Shown: piece after piece, positions 36,217-49,458 of the stretch | Layout of the letters: each line of letters starts with the position of its first letter | Position numbering within the stretch: the stretch's first letter is position 1 | Assembly (NCBI GenBank): GCA_964270895.1 | Contig: OZ185450.1 | Strand: one strand, 5' to 3' | DNA from: Podarcis filfolensis | Lineage: Eukaryota | Length of the DNA: 63,931 nucleotides | Translations under genes and position numbers: made by a program | The notes under the pieces: generated by a model | The model's database searches: none | The model's input: only the letters and a program-made list of their open reading frames with translations | What the model was told of the DNA's origin: nothing

Positions 36217-36662
36217 TCCTTCCGATTGCTGAATTTGCAGGGTAAGATGCTTATCACCCACCTGTTGAACTTGACTTGTAACATGTGCACAACTGCCAGA
36301 GGAAAGAACAGTTTCTAGCAAGAAAAGGCTCCCCTTCTTTAATTGCAATGAAACTGATTGGCTGCAGAGTCCATCAGGAAAATGCTGCAGCCTCTTAGTG
36401 TTGCTTTCTCCATCCACACGAGCACAAACATGACAGTGAATCTGACTGCTGAGAAATAAGTCAGGAAGCTGTCCCATTATGTGCTTCCAACAAACCAGCC
36501 TGCCTCCCCCCCAAACACCTTTTTTTTTTTAAAAAAAGCACAGCTTTGCCTGGCTCTTCTCCGACATCCCAGAAGAGAGAAAGAAATCACATTGAGGAGA
36601 GGCGCTAGGCATCAGTTCCATTCATTCAAAGATCAGGTTGCCCTGTTGGCCAGACTCAAGAT

Positions 36663-36851
36663 TCACAAACCCTCCCCTGCTCCTAGCCAGTTTTCATCTC
36701 TCTGCTCCTCTGTGGGTCCTTCTGAAGACTTTGTGGGAGTCCCAGCGTGGTCCATGAACATGTTTGGAATATCTTTGCCAAAGTAGATCTTGCTGTTGGT
36801 GGCAATTGCTTTGTACTTCATGAGCTGCAAGTATTCTGGAGTCAGTTTTAG
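36663..36851 (-). CDS. ERLIN2: ERLIN2 exon 12 (terminal coding part, TGA stop)
   Basis: [62 protein letters not shown]. Joined CDS is 1008 nt = 335 aa plus stop. Confidence 0.96.
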   Translation of the reverse strand, partial: LKLTPEYLQLMKYKAIATNSKIYFGKDIPNMFMDHAGTPTKSSEGPTEEQRDENWLGAGEGL

Positions 36852-36916
36852 CTGCAAGAAGAGAAAGTGCATCAAGAGCCCAGGGTTAGAGAGATCCTTT
36901 AAAATTCAAGAGCGTC

Positions 36917-37086
36917 AAAAGAGCCCTGCTGGATCAGGCCAATAGCCCATCTAGTCCAGCATCCTGTTCTCACAAACCAGATGCCCCAGTGGGACAAGCA
37001 GAACCTGAGCGCCAAAAACACTCTCCCCCTCCTGCAGTTTATAACAACTGATATTCAGAAGCATACTGCCTCCGACAGTGGAGGTG
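36917..37086 (-). mobile_element. CR1-type LINE 3'UTR fragment; similar copies at about 3272-3372, 26440-26570 and 45870-46110
   Basis: gagccctgctggatcaggcc...ctagtccagcatcctgttctcaca...cagaagcatactgcctcc motif, also joined to CR1 ORF2 sequence at 55812-56180. Confidence 0.7.
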
Positions 37087-37684
37087 AACTTGGGAGACCT
37101 AGGTTCTGCCTATGGATCAAATTATCTCCAAGGTGGCTGACGACAGATTGGAAACAATGCAAAAATGATACAAAAAAGGAACTGTGTGTGCCTCGATGGT
37201 CGGGCCGCTAAGTGAGATGCAGGGAGGGCATGACATTTTAGAGCAGCGATGAGGAAGCTATGGCCTCCAGGAAGCTGCTAGATTTCAGCCAGCATGGTCA
37301 ATGGTCAGGGATGATGGGCGTTGTGGTCAAACAGCATCTGGAGGACCTCAGGTTCCCCATCTCTGTGTTAAAGCACTTCAGTCTTTACTTAGCTCAGTTG
37401 CAATCTGAGTAAGAACTAGGCCCAAGAGACCACAAACCCATGTCAAATCATAATCACACAGACTTTGCATCTACAGAAGCAGTAGCCAATATGGGGATGT
37501 CTTTGGGATGTTATTAGAGTAAGCTCCCAACATCCCTGATCACTGGCAGTGCTAGCTGGGATTGATTGCAGCTGTAGTCCAAAGCACCATGACAGCACCA
37601 TGTTTGTTTCCCTGCAGGAGTATGAGCCATTGGGAACCTGCAACCCCAAGCTGAGGATGCCAGCTGTGTGGAAGAACAGCTAAC

Positions 37685-37764
37685 CTTGTTGGCTTCTGCC
37701 ATCTTCAAAGCAGTATAACATTCAGCATCTGCCCTCGCCTTCTCTCTAGCAAGGAATGCAGCAT
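37685..37764 (-). CDS. ERLIN2: ERLIN2 exon 11
   Basis: (D)[26 protein letters not shown]; gcag| and |gttagc; 80 nt. Confidence 0.97.
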
Positions 37765-40451
37765 CTGCAGAAAGAGGAAGGGGAGATTTAGAAGTATAGG
37801 GAAGCTGTACAAGTCCCCGGAAAGCCCCTTACTTACCCATTTCCACCTTCAAAACACAGCACAAGTTTTCATGGTTGTAATCAATGCTTTACCAAAGTCC
37901 AAGCTCCGCCCCCTGCAGCCCCAGCACAATTTTGGATTGAACCAGAGCAGAAATAGGGAAATGTCTGGGATCCTAGGATATTGGCTGGCAATAGTTAGAA
38001 GGGAACATGAAGGGGAGGAAGCAGAGAACAGAATTTCACTTGCGCCCATTCAGATTGTATCGCTAGCGAGTCAGACTGTTTTAATACAGGGATGAGGAAC
38101 CTGGTGCCCTCAGGGAGTGTTGGGCTACAACTCCCACCAGCCCCAGCCAGCATGGCCAAAGGTCAGGAGCAATGGAAGTTAAAGAGCCCAACAACACCTG
38201 GAAGGCCACAGGTCCCCCATCCCTTATTTGTAACGACTGATGAATCTCTGTAAATCATGAAGGCTAGGATTTGTCTGGTAGAAACAGGCAAGAAGAACTG
38301 ACACAAGAGAGTTCAGAGAATTCCATGCAGGCAAGTGAGAGGAACAGAGAAGGAGGGATGGAGAGCTCCAATATAGAGATGTAACTGACTGCTACAGAAG
38401 AGGCAGTTATCCTCTGCCAGGCCACAATAGGCTAGTATTTTTTTGGGGGGTGGGCAGGCTAGCAATTTTTGTGGGCTTATTTACAAGTGGTGTTGTTGTT
38501 TCAACAATTTATATACCACTTAATTGCTGTGGTCTTTAAGTGGTGCACAAGCAACTCAATACTATGAAAACAAAAAAGACACAACTGAGATACTTTAGAT
38601 CAGCCTCCTCTAACTTGGTGCATTCAAGATCATTCAGCCTCACTCAGTGCAGTTAAATGAAAACTACACAAGCTATGAGTAACCACCCCTGTTTCCCAGA
38701 GTGTTGAGTGGCATTATACCAGCTCTGCCCTTTCCAATCTATGGCGCCCTCCATTTCCCTCCCGCTCCCTCCTTTGTGATTTTCAGGAAGAAACAAACCA
38801 AAGAAGTTTCAACCTGCTGCATGAAATTCTAGAGACCCAGCCACAAACTCCGGCAGTTGATCAACGAGGTGTAAAACCTTGTTCGGAAAACTCTTAAGCG
38901 CAGAAAGCCCACGATTTTAAAAGCAACTCTTGCAAAACTGCTTTTTAAAAAACGAAAAAGATAAAAAGTGTGTGTGTGTGTGTGGGGGGGGGAAGCCTGT
39001 CACTTTTCCCCTGGAGTCTGTGATCGTGTTGTTTCAAAACACATCAATCCATTAGCTGGTCATTTCTGCTCACATACCAAGAGGGCAGCTGCAACCAACT
39101 CCAACAGCTGAGAGTGCCTGAGATTCAAAGAGCACACAGCAATCAACTTGTCAGAGCAGCTGGAACGGCTTGGGACAAAGCCAAACATTCTCTGCCGAGG
39201 GTTCGGCTGGGCCTCCCGACTCCTAGGGGGCTGCATCGAGGGCCTGGCACCTGGCAACGTGCCTTGATGAGAAAGAAAACCACCAGCGCTCTGCTGGGGA
39301 CTGCCTAATGAGAGACTGCTGATCTGTAAACCACTAATTGGCTCCTCAGCGAGATGCTGCAAAGCTTGACAGGGCCTTTAATGAACCTAACAGGATTGAG
39401 GGACATGCTGCTCAGAGGCAGCCGGCACAGCCTTTCCCAGGTCCAGGAATCTGCCCGACAATAGGAATGACAGAGAGGAGGGGAAATCCTTCCACATCAC
39501 ATGCCTGCAGTTGTAATCAACTGGCAGCAGCTCTTTGGCTGAGGGCATGGGCTGTAGCTCAGTGGCAAACGGTCCCAGGTTGAATCCCTGGCTTTGGGCT
39601 GGGAAAGTCTCCTGTCTGAAACTCTGGGGAGCGCCGTCTGTGAAAATACAAGGCCAGAACAGACTGTTGGTCTGACTCAGTACAGGGCAGCTTCATGCGC
39701 TCCAAGAACCGAACTGTGGCATGCATAGCACATGCTCTGCTACAGTGCATCAGTTCTATGTGCAGGACAAAGGTATCCAGGGTTGACATGTTGAATTGTG
39801 GAAGGAGAGTTGCAAATTCTACAGAAACACAAACAAACACAAATACCAGGGGAGCTGAAACGTTTGGCAGATTTCTTCTGGCTTACAGAATTCTGGCTGA
39901 GGAAACTAAACAACCTCATGTGCAAAGAAACACATGGCTGGAAACAGGGAAGTGTGGAGGTATGCAATCAGTGGAGGCAGAATGGGGATAAAAAGCAATT
40001 CCCTCGATGGTGCTGCTCCAAATACGTTTCTCAACCGCAAGGACTATTTCAGGTGTGGGGAACTTTGGGCCCTTCAGATGTTGCTGAGCTGCAACTCTCA
40101 TCCTCCCTGGCCTTTGGCCCTGCTGGGGCTGATGGGAGCTGCTGTTCAGAAACATCGGGGGGGGGGGAATGTTCCCCACATGTGTGGACTACTTGAATCA
40201 GCTGCAACCTGGCGACATAAAACACTGAACGACTTGGGACCCAGGTACATAATGGACTGCCATCTTCAGAACTGGACTATTCAGCTCTATAGACCTGCCA
40301 GAGATGCCCCACTTGTTGTTCCAGCTTCTGCTCAGCAGCTGGCAACATGAGAGAGGGCACTTTCAGTTGTGGCTACTCGATTATGGAGTTCCCTCCCAAA
40401 GGGCATTTGGCTGTCCTCTATAAATAGGATCAAGGTAAGATGCTTTCTGTA

Positions 40452-40816
40452 GGGACGTGGGTGGCGCTGTGGGTAAAACCTCAGTGCCTAGGGCTTGCCG
40501 ATCGCATGGTCAGCGGTTCGAATCCCCGCGGCGGGGTGAGCTCCCGTCTTTCGGTCCCAGCTCCTGCCCACCTAGCAGTTCGAAAGCACCCTTAAGTGCA
40601 AGTAGATAAATAGGTACCGCTTTATAGCAGGAAGGTAAACGGTGTTTCCGTGTGCTGCGCTGGTGCTGGCTCGCCAGAGCAGCTTCGTCACACTGGCCAC
40701 ATGACCTGGAAGTGTCTCCGTACAGCGCTGGACCCCGGCCTCTTAAGTGAGATGGGCGCACAACCCTAGAGTCGGACACGACTGGCCCGTACGGGCAGGG
40801 GTACCTTTACCTTACC
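40452..40816 (+). mobile_element. Sauria SINE, full length
   Basis: GGGACGTGGGTGGCGCTGTGGG head, box B GGTTCGAATCC at 40515-40525, ACCTTTACCTTACC tail. 13-bp TSD TAAGATGCTTTCT at 40436-40448 and 40817-40829. Confidence 0.9.
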
Positions 40817-41347
40817 TAAGATGCTTTCTATTTGCCCAGGCCTTTGGAATGTGACTTTTTAATGGTTTTGCTACTGTCACGTCTACTATTGATGTTTATA
40901 TTTTGTTTTACCATCTGGCTTGGATGTGAGGTTTTAACAAATGGTTACTGCTGTTCACAGCTTTGTATGCAATATTGCATTGTCAACTGCTCTATGCTCC
41001 CATTGGGAGGAAGGGCAGGATAAAAGAATGGCAAAATAAATAACCCACATACTTCTAGTCCCTGCCTGTCTTTTGTCAAGTATCCTGTGGTCCGTCTTCC
41101 TCCAACCTTGTGCCCTCCAGAGGTTTTGAACTGCAATGCCCACCAGTTCTAGCCAACATAGTCAATGCAGGTATGACTGGAGCTGATGTTAAAAAATGTG
41201 GAGGGCACTAGGTTGGGGAAGGCTGATGTTCTTAGCTGCAAAGTGGCCAACTTCATCTTTATTGGACCTTAAAATATTCATCTGCGAGAAAGGAGGGATC
41301 CACCAGGCCCATAACTAAGCCTATTTGTGCTCTGACATCCTTGGTCA

Positions 41348-41527
<180 letters not shown>

Positions 41528-41955
41528 TTAGTTCCTGGAACAGCAAGACACCTGGCAAGCTCAACTCATCTACTTCAAAACACTGACTTGCCCCTCCTGC
41601 CATCCCTGCAGAAACAACAAGGTAACAAACACCTTCTCTTTTGGAATATGCTTCCCTCTTTGATTAAGACTAGCTCGTGGCACATTACCACTTGTCCATG
41701 AACAACTGTGATTATCTCACCAATAGGACAGTTTTCTCAATCCAAACTCTCTCGCTTTTTGCCTTGATAAGATGTGTGCAAGCCTGGTCTAGGAACCAAG
41801 AGGGGCAGCAATCAAGAATCTCCTTGTGCACAAATTAGATGCTGCGCACACAATTTATTTAGCAAAGCCTTTTGTCATCACCTCATCTCCCACCAACCTC
41901 TTGATGAATCGGCTACGCCTGCCTCACATCCCCATAGGAATGAAGTCTCTTCCTA

Positions 41956-42168
<213 letters not shown>

Positions 42169-43006
42169 TTAGAACTGGAGTGGGGAACCTCAGGCCTCCC
42201 TATCTGGCCATGCTTTGCAACCACTTTGTCTGTTTTTGCCCAGCTGGAATGTGTCCTTGAACTCTGATAATGCCTTTTGCTAGCCTGGATGGATGCTAGA
42301 GAGGTGTACATGAGCATGTGCAGAAATTAGCCTACTATACTGAGACATGCATTGTTCTGCCGACTTCTGCTATGGCCCTGCCTGCCCACCTGTTGGATGC
42401 AGAGGAATGGTGGGAGGGAAGAAGGCTCAGAGCCTGGGGAGCGCTGGTGAGACAACGATGAGTGGTCCAGAGAGAGAAGACTCTGTAGCTGAAGAATGCC
42501 CTGACAATAAGCATGCAATACTGAACTATCTTGGCTATGAGAGGCGAACAACTGCTTATCCACAAGGGCAGCCACACAATGTACAAAAAGTTAAGAGTGT
42601 GTGTCCCGCAGGAGCAGACTGGAAACCTTTCCAGTGCAGCATCCTGCTTCCCACATGGGTGAAAAATATGCTCCTGGGAAGCTCACAAGCAGGACATGAA
42701 CGTGGTAGCCATCTTCTGTTGATCTTACTGGGCACAGAAGTAGCATACAGTCATCATGACTTGTACTGACTTATCCTACAGAAATTGGTTCAATCCTCTT
42801 TTAAAACTATGTGAGTTGGTGGCCACCATCACACCAGGTTACAACGAACTGCATGGGTTACCTAGGTGCAGTGCCTGGGTTTGCATTTGGCCATGGTTTG
42901 TTTAACCAAAACATGGTTTGTTTGAGTATGAGAACCTAGCCCAGGGGACTAGCTACACACCGTCACAACTGTACTGAAAGCGAAGGAGAGAATACCTGCT
43001 ACTTAC

Positions 43007-43065
43007 ATGAGTTCGTAATTCCTCCGAATTGTCTCTGGGATGTTTGGCTTTGTGACTCGAACTGC
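43007..43065 (-). CDS. ERLIN2: ERLIN2 exon 8
   Basis: [19 protein letters not shown](M); ccag| and |gtaagt; 59 nt. Confidence 0.97.
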
Positions 43066-43630
43066 CTGGAGAAATAAAAAGGGAGGATGATGAGGGAAGG
43101 AGGCTGCTGAGCAGCATGTGCTCAACTCAGTCAATAGCGACCTTATCATATATCCATCTGGAGCACGAGATGCTGCCTAATCAAGGAAAGACTCTCCATG
43201 TTACAACTCAATACAATCTGCAATGGGAGGAAGCAGTCTCCACCCTCATTCTGTTAGCATGCAACTGATGCAGTCTAAAGTAGCGCAGGAGAGTCTAGCA
43301 ATGAGTTGGCAGAAGAGACCCCAGCATGGATCCCCCAAAATTGGGGTGGCCCTTCTATTTGGGTGGGTGCTGCATGGCACCAAATTCTTTGCACAGACTT
43401 CTAAAAGATTCAAATTATCTGCTGTCCGTCCAGGCTCTGCTAACAAAAAAGCCAGCACAAAAAGAAAAATTAATTCCGCTCTTCTGCTTGCTTGATGTTA
43501 AGATCTATCCAGGAGCATCAGCAAGTTTGATGAGCAAAGTGGGACAATGTTAAGTCTAGCTTGCAGCTCTTCAATCCCCTGTCTGGTACTGGACCAGAAC
43601 TCCACCCCCACCCCTAATATTCTTGGTTAC

Positions 43631-43704
43631 CTGTATGATGAGTCCTGGTGCCATGGATGTCAGGTCTTGCTGGAGAGCCAGTTTCAGGTTTTCATCAATC
43701 TGAT
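43631..43704 (-). CDS. ERLIN2: ERLIN2 exon 7
   Basis: (D)[24 protein letters not shown]; ccag| and |gtaacc; 74 nt. Confidence 0.97.
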
Positions 43705-43821
43705 CTGGTAAGATAATGAACCAAATAATTAGACAATTTTAAAGGATAATTGAGTGTGGTGTGTGAATTAGTCATGTTGGACGGAGTACCACATGCCTCT
43801 GAAGTGGAGCAGCTTTTCATT

Positions 43822-43965
43822 CATGGAATTATAGAATTGTAGAGTTGGAAGGGATAACTAGGATCATCTAGTCCAATCCCCTGCAATGCAGGAATCTGTT
43901 GCCCAACGTGGGGCTGCAACACATGACCCTGAGAATAAGAATCTCATGCTCTACAGACTGAGCTA
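43822..43965 (-). mobile_element. Second tRNA-Lys/CR1-tail SINE copy
   Basis: gcccaacgtggggc...accctgagaataagaatctcatgctctacagactgagcta is the reverse complement of a tRNA-Lys-like head; CR1 tail adjacent. Confidence 0.75.
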
Positions 43966-44073
43966 ACTCCATTCACTTGGACACGCACAGCCTAGAACGC
44001 ATTAAAAACACACACACAACCCTTAAAAAGATGCTAACAAGTGGGTCACATCAGTGGTACCACCTCCATTTTA

Positions 44074-44241
<168 letters not shown>

Positions 44242-45178
44242 TTAGCTCAGATCAGCCCTCATGCTGAACAACAGTAGCAGGTTGCAACATCAGGAGGCAG
44301 CACCCTGTAGTCTCTGTTTAACACTGGGGGTGGGCACTATTGACTGTGAGTAGACCTGGAGGCATTTCAGGCCAGGCAATGGAGACTGCAGGTCTGATGA
44401 CTCCCAATATGACCCAAGAAGAGCCAATCTCACTCCAGTTCTTCCTACAAAGCTTATGGGTCTGCTGCACTTTATCAGGGCTCAAATACACTATGCCTCA
44501 CCAGGACTGGTGAGAAGAAAAATATATTCTGGCCCTCTGGGAAGGCCCTGACTCCCTGGACAAGAGGGAAGCCAGCTGGGCCTCATCCATTGGACAAATA
44601 TGGAGCAGCTCAAGGGACAAGGACACTCTGCTCTTTGGGGAAGGGCTCAGTAGTAAAACATTACATGCATAAGGCACCATCTTCAGTCAGCAGCATCTCC
44701 AGGTAGTGGTGGGAATTGTCTTGCCTGAAACCCTGGAGGACCACTGCCTGCCAGTGTAGACAATACTGTGCTAAATGGACCAAAGCGCTGGACCCAGCAT
44801 AAGGCAGCTACTTAGGTTCCTTGCTGTCTGCTGCGTTGGTATTGCAGAACTGAAGGGAAGGAGGCTCTGGCCCCATCTATCTGTCAGAGGAGTAAGAGTT
44901 GCTGCTGTGTGGTGCATGCCTGCAATATGTGTGCAAGAGAGTATGTTCAAAAGTTGTTGTTTTTTTGTGTGGTTATCATTACCTGTTTGTTGCAAGCCGC
45001 CTTGAAACTCATTTGATTGAAAAGTGGGGCGTAAATCTTCAAAGTAAATAAAACTATATTACTACTGGAACGGGTGTGAACATTCTGTGTGGCAAATCCA
45101 GCCCCCAAACTCTTGCACACTCCTCCATGCCACAGCCCGGAAAAGGAAGCACAAGTAAGCAGAGCTAAATAAACTCAC

Positions 45179-45240
45179 CGGCACTTTGGATTAGGAAGTT
45201 CACAACCTCAATTCGGTCAAAATAGATCATCACTCCTCCA
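45179..45240 (-). CDS. ERLIN2: ERLIN2 exon 5
   Basis: GGVMIYFDRIEVVNFLIQSA; ctgcag| and |gtgagt; 62 nt. Confidence 0.97.
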
Positions 45241-45419
45241 CTGCAGAAAGAAAGTGCGAAGAGAGGTGAGTGTTTTGACAACACACCCTAGGGATGAAGA
45301 CAGAATGTATCGAAGACTAGAATGTACCCAGTGCCTAACCAACAAACTGTAAAAAAAAGAGCAAAATCGAAACAGGGAGGATTTCTTATCTAGTTCTAGC
45401 ACGTATGCAGGACCTATGG

Positions 45420-45555
45420 CAGCGTTTCTCAAACTTGGGGCCCCAACTGTGGTTGGACTGCAGCTCCCATCATCCCTGACCACTGGTCCTGCTAGCTAGG
45501 GATGCTGGGAGTTGTAGTCGAACAACAGCTGGGGACCCCAGTTTGAGAAACACTG
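45420..45555. mobile_element. Palindromic hAT MITE (136 bp); abundant family with decayed relatives at about 2340, 10760, 15000, 25210, 34780, 38087, 40050, 41080 and 52020
   Basis: TIR CAGCGTTTCTCAAAC / GTTTGAGAAACACTG; 8-bp TSD ACCTATGG / ATCTATGG; internal inverted gctcccatc / tgggagttgtagt. Confidence 0.8.
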
Positions 45556-47338
45556 ATCTATGGGATAAAGAATTGTATAGATGTGGGAAGCTGTCCCGTG
45601 AGAGGCCCACCAGGCTCCATCTCTGCTGGCTTCCACTGCCCAGAGACATTGTTACTACTCATGGCAGCTCTATGCAACCTCTTGCTTCAGAGCCAGCATG
45701 CCTCTAAAGACCACCTGGTGGAGAGCAAAAACAGAGCCAGTCATTGCTTTCATGCACTGCTTGTGGGTTTCCCACCGGCACTTGGTTCATCACTGTAGCA
45801 GGAAACAGGATTCTGAACTAGATGGGAAAACTGGCTTGATCTGGAGAACGTCAAAAGAGCCCATCTAATTCTTTTCTTGCCATGATCAATCAGATGTCTA
45901 TGGGAAGCCCAGAAGCAGGGCTTAGGTATGCACTTTTGATACTCAGTTTTGATACCCAGCAAGTGGTATTCAGTGGATTTAGAAGATGGTCACCATGACT
46001 AGTAGCTGTTGATAGCATCCGCCTCACCAAATTTGTCTCACCCTCTTTTAAATCCATCCAAGTTGGCGACCAACCTTAAGGGTGCAAATTCCATAGGTTA
46101 ACTACACGCTGTGTGAATTGTGGTTAAAGGTTTATTGCTTATTTTAAAGTGAATTGTTAGCTATTTAAGGGGTCAAGTCCTTTTGTGGCAACGCAGAGCA
46201 TGAACAAAGAATACAAAAAAATATAACTGCATGAGTGATTGCTCTTTAAGCACACACCCAGCATTTCCCCCCAAGACGTCATCCCTGACCTGGCTGTGTT
46301 GGTTGGGGCAGGAGGGTACCATGTTGTCTGGCCCTGGTGTAATGAGTTGCCCATGCTTTAGGGCACTTGAGTTCCTCCCAACAGACTATGACAATAAAGA
46401 GATAATTGCGTAGATCTATGGTTAATTTTATAGCCAAACTATTTGTTTGAGCCATCTGAGTATTCAGCTTTGAGACTAAAAAATATTCTCAGTAATGGGT
46501 TACTTCAGTTTTCAGAACAGAATTCACTGACTTTCATTTGTTTTCGCAAGCACGGTTTCTGTTTTGCAGGCTATTCCAACTAGTTCAGGCCACCACGCAA
46601 GTAGCTTTCACCCCAAACACCAAATGCTATAGAGGGAACGTTTTGACATAAGTGAAGGAGAAAATGCCATCTAGTGGCAGGTACAGAGAGCTTCACAGCT
46701 TCTTCTGAGAAGTAAAACTCAATAAGGACATCCCATTCAGAAGGAAAAAAACTAATTTGCATGGAAAACATGGCGCCATCAGGCGCTTAATTGCCTAGAG
46801 AGGTCATACAATCACATTTCTTAAAGGATTTTCTGTAATGCATTGCACAAGCATCCTTAAAAGAGGTTTTAAGTGCAGGCAAACCAACACGGTTGAATCC
46901 TGCTAAGTCACTGCGTGAGCGGAAACAACTTCCACAACTGCTTGCTGCAAATCTGGTCTAGGGGTTTCCCAACCTTCTGGAGCAGTTTTGGGGAAGTTCC
47001 ATTTTTCCCAGAGAAGTCCTTCCGCTCCCAAGAACTTAGTTGAATACAACCCTATACGTCAGAAATTGCACTGTACATACAGAGAATTTGCTATCTGCTG
47101 TGGGATCCCAAAAATCTGAGCTTCCTTTTGAAAAACCAAAGCAACTCCCCATAACCTATGTTTCTAGCCCTTATGAATGCAAACAGAAGGTTAAAGGCAT
47201 CTGGGGAAGAAAGGGGTGAGTAGGCTGTCCAAACAGGAGCCTGCACAGCTATTTGTACTTCCCTCACGTCTACGGCAATGACAATATAAGCAAACAAGGC
47301 CAATTAATGAATGTGCATCTATTTACCCAAACCACATG

Positions 47339-48206
47339 CAGTGGTGCCTCGCAAGACGAAATTAATTCGTTCGGGAATTTTTTCGCCTAGCGAATTTTTC
47401 GTCTTGCGAAGCACGAAATCCCGTAGGAATGCATTGAAAATCAATTAATGCGTTCCTATGGTAAAAAAAAGTCCAAACAAAGCCAAATTTGGTACAACAA
47501 GAGTTTATTAAGTGCTCTTTAAAGTCACACATACTGTAAAGAGCATTTCAAAATTCAAACCCAGAATTTTTTTTTAAAAACAGCAGAGTGACCCAATGGT
47601 CACAGAAAATCATAAAAATGCAAAAAAAAAAAAAAACAAAAAACACAACAACAACAAAAAAAACCCCAAGCTTCCAGATTCTTGCAAACCCCTCCCCAAC
47701 TGTTCCCCCAGCCACCCAGCACACAGAAATTCAAATCCATAATTTTTTTTAAAAAACAGCAGAGTGCCCCAATGGTCACAAAAAATCATAAAAATGCAGG
47801 GGAAAAAAAACAAGCTTCCAGATTCTTGCAAACCCCTCCCCAACACCAAGTCCTTGAATTCCAAACACCCCAACCCAAAATCCAAAACCCCCCAAAAAAG
47901 TTTTAAAAGCTTAACTTACCAAATGGCTGCAAAAGAAGTTTTGGAAAAGCTTCAAAAATCACCAAAGTCTTTAAAAACCTCAAAAAAGGCTACTATGTAC
48001 ACTACGTTCTATGAGTTGCTCCTCGAAGTCAAGTCGCAACTGTATTAACGGTGTTAAGAAAAAGGAAACAAACTTGCAAGACGTTTTCGTCTTGCGAAGC
48101 AAGCCCATAGGGAAATTCATCTTGTGAAGCAGCTCAAAAAACGGAAAACCCTTTCGTCTAGCGAGTTTTCCGTCTTGCGAGGCATTCGTCTTGCGGGGCA
48201 CCACTG
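47339..48206. mobile_element. Non-autonomous Tc1/mariner-like element (868 bp) with an internal duplication of about 130 bp
   Basis: 22-bp TIR CAGTGGTGCC(T/C)CGCAAGACGAA; subterminal CGTCTTGCG repeats; internal blocks at about 47570-47700 and 47745-47842 are duplicated. Confidence 0.85.
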
Positions 48207-48566
48207 TGATTCGGCTTTTCTTAACATGGAAAGCTCGACTTCTGATGTGCGATATCTTGTTTTAGAGGTTTGGACTGTCCGTTTCTACTTTTTGATTCTA
48301 AACGCTCAGCTAAGCCTGCTTTAAGAACACACTTCGCCCAGCCTACATAGAGGTGTAATATACATTTCAGGATACAGCATAATAAGGCAATTTGGGGCAA
48401 GGTGCTTCCATTTACTGTCTCAGCAGAGCCGCTTTTCAGTGCCACTGCACAGAGGCACCACAGAAGTCGAAGAAGGTCCAAAACGGCATATATGGGAAGC
48501 AGCCTCAACCTGTGAGCTTGAGAAGGACATAAAGGCACCAAATTCAATTCTGGGGCTACAACTCAC

Positions 48567-48613
48567 CTTGTGCCACATGGAACATTTTTTACTTCATCTG
48601 TTTGCAATGTTGT
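48567..48613 (-). CDS. ERLIN2: ERLIN2 exon 4
   Basis: TTLQTDEVKNVPCGT(S); ctag| and |gtgagt; 47 nt. Confidence 0.97.
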
Positions 48614-48710
48614 CTAGAGAGATGGAGAAAGAAAGCAAAAGGATTTGTAATGAACTGGATGGCGTACAATGGCGTACGATCACATTCCCACCGGGGCAAC
48701 ATTCAGGAAA

Positions 48711-49076
48711 AATAAAGGTTAAAAAAAAGAAAGAAAGGTAAAGGACCCCTGGACGGTTAAGTCCAGTCAAAGGTGACTATGGGGTTGTGGCGCTCATCTT
48801 GCTTTCAGGCCGAGGGAGCTGGCGTTTGTCCACAGACAGCTTTCTGGGTCATGTGGCCAGCATGACTAAACCGCTTCTGGCGCAACAGAATATCGTGACA
48901 GAAACCAGGTACCTATTTATCTACTTGGGCTGGTGTGATTTCGAACTGCTAGGTTGGCAGAAGCTGGGACAGAGCAATGGGAGCTCCCTCTATCATGGGG
49001 ATTAGAACCACCGATCTTTTGATTGGCAAGCCCAAGAGGCTCAGTGGTTTAGACCCCAGCGCCACCTGTGTCCCTT
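48711..49076 (-). mobile_element. Sauria SINE (different subfamily)
   Basis: ggtaaaggacccctggacggttaagtccagtc...gggtcatgtggccagcatgactaa...cagcgccacc. 11-bp TSD CATTCAGGAAA at 48700-48710 and 49077-49087. Confidence 0.88.
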
Positions 49077-49257
49077 CATTCAGGAAATATATGCCAGTGA
49101 TGACCAGAGTAACAAGGTTGATTTTACACAGCAGGCTACATTCCAATAACAATAACAATTTATGACACTTTTCCAGGCTCAGAATTTGAACTTGCCATTA
49201 GGAAGAAAGACTAATACAGCATCCCAGACTACTTGGGTGCAACTAATAAGAACTCTA

Positions 49258-49458
<201 letters not shown>

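Noticed and set aside
36663-36665. ERLIN2 TGA as a possible selenocysteine or read-through codon
   Set aside because: It lies at the normal end of the protein, I recognised no SECIS, and ERLINs are not selenoproteins.
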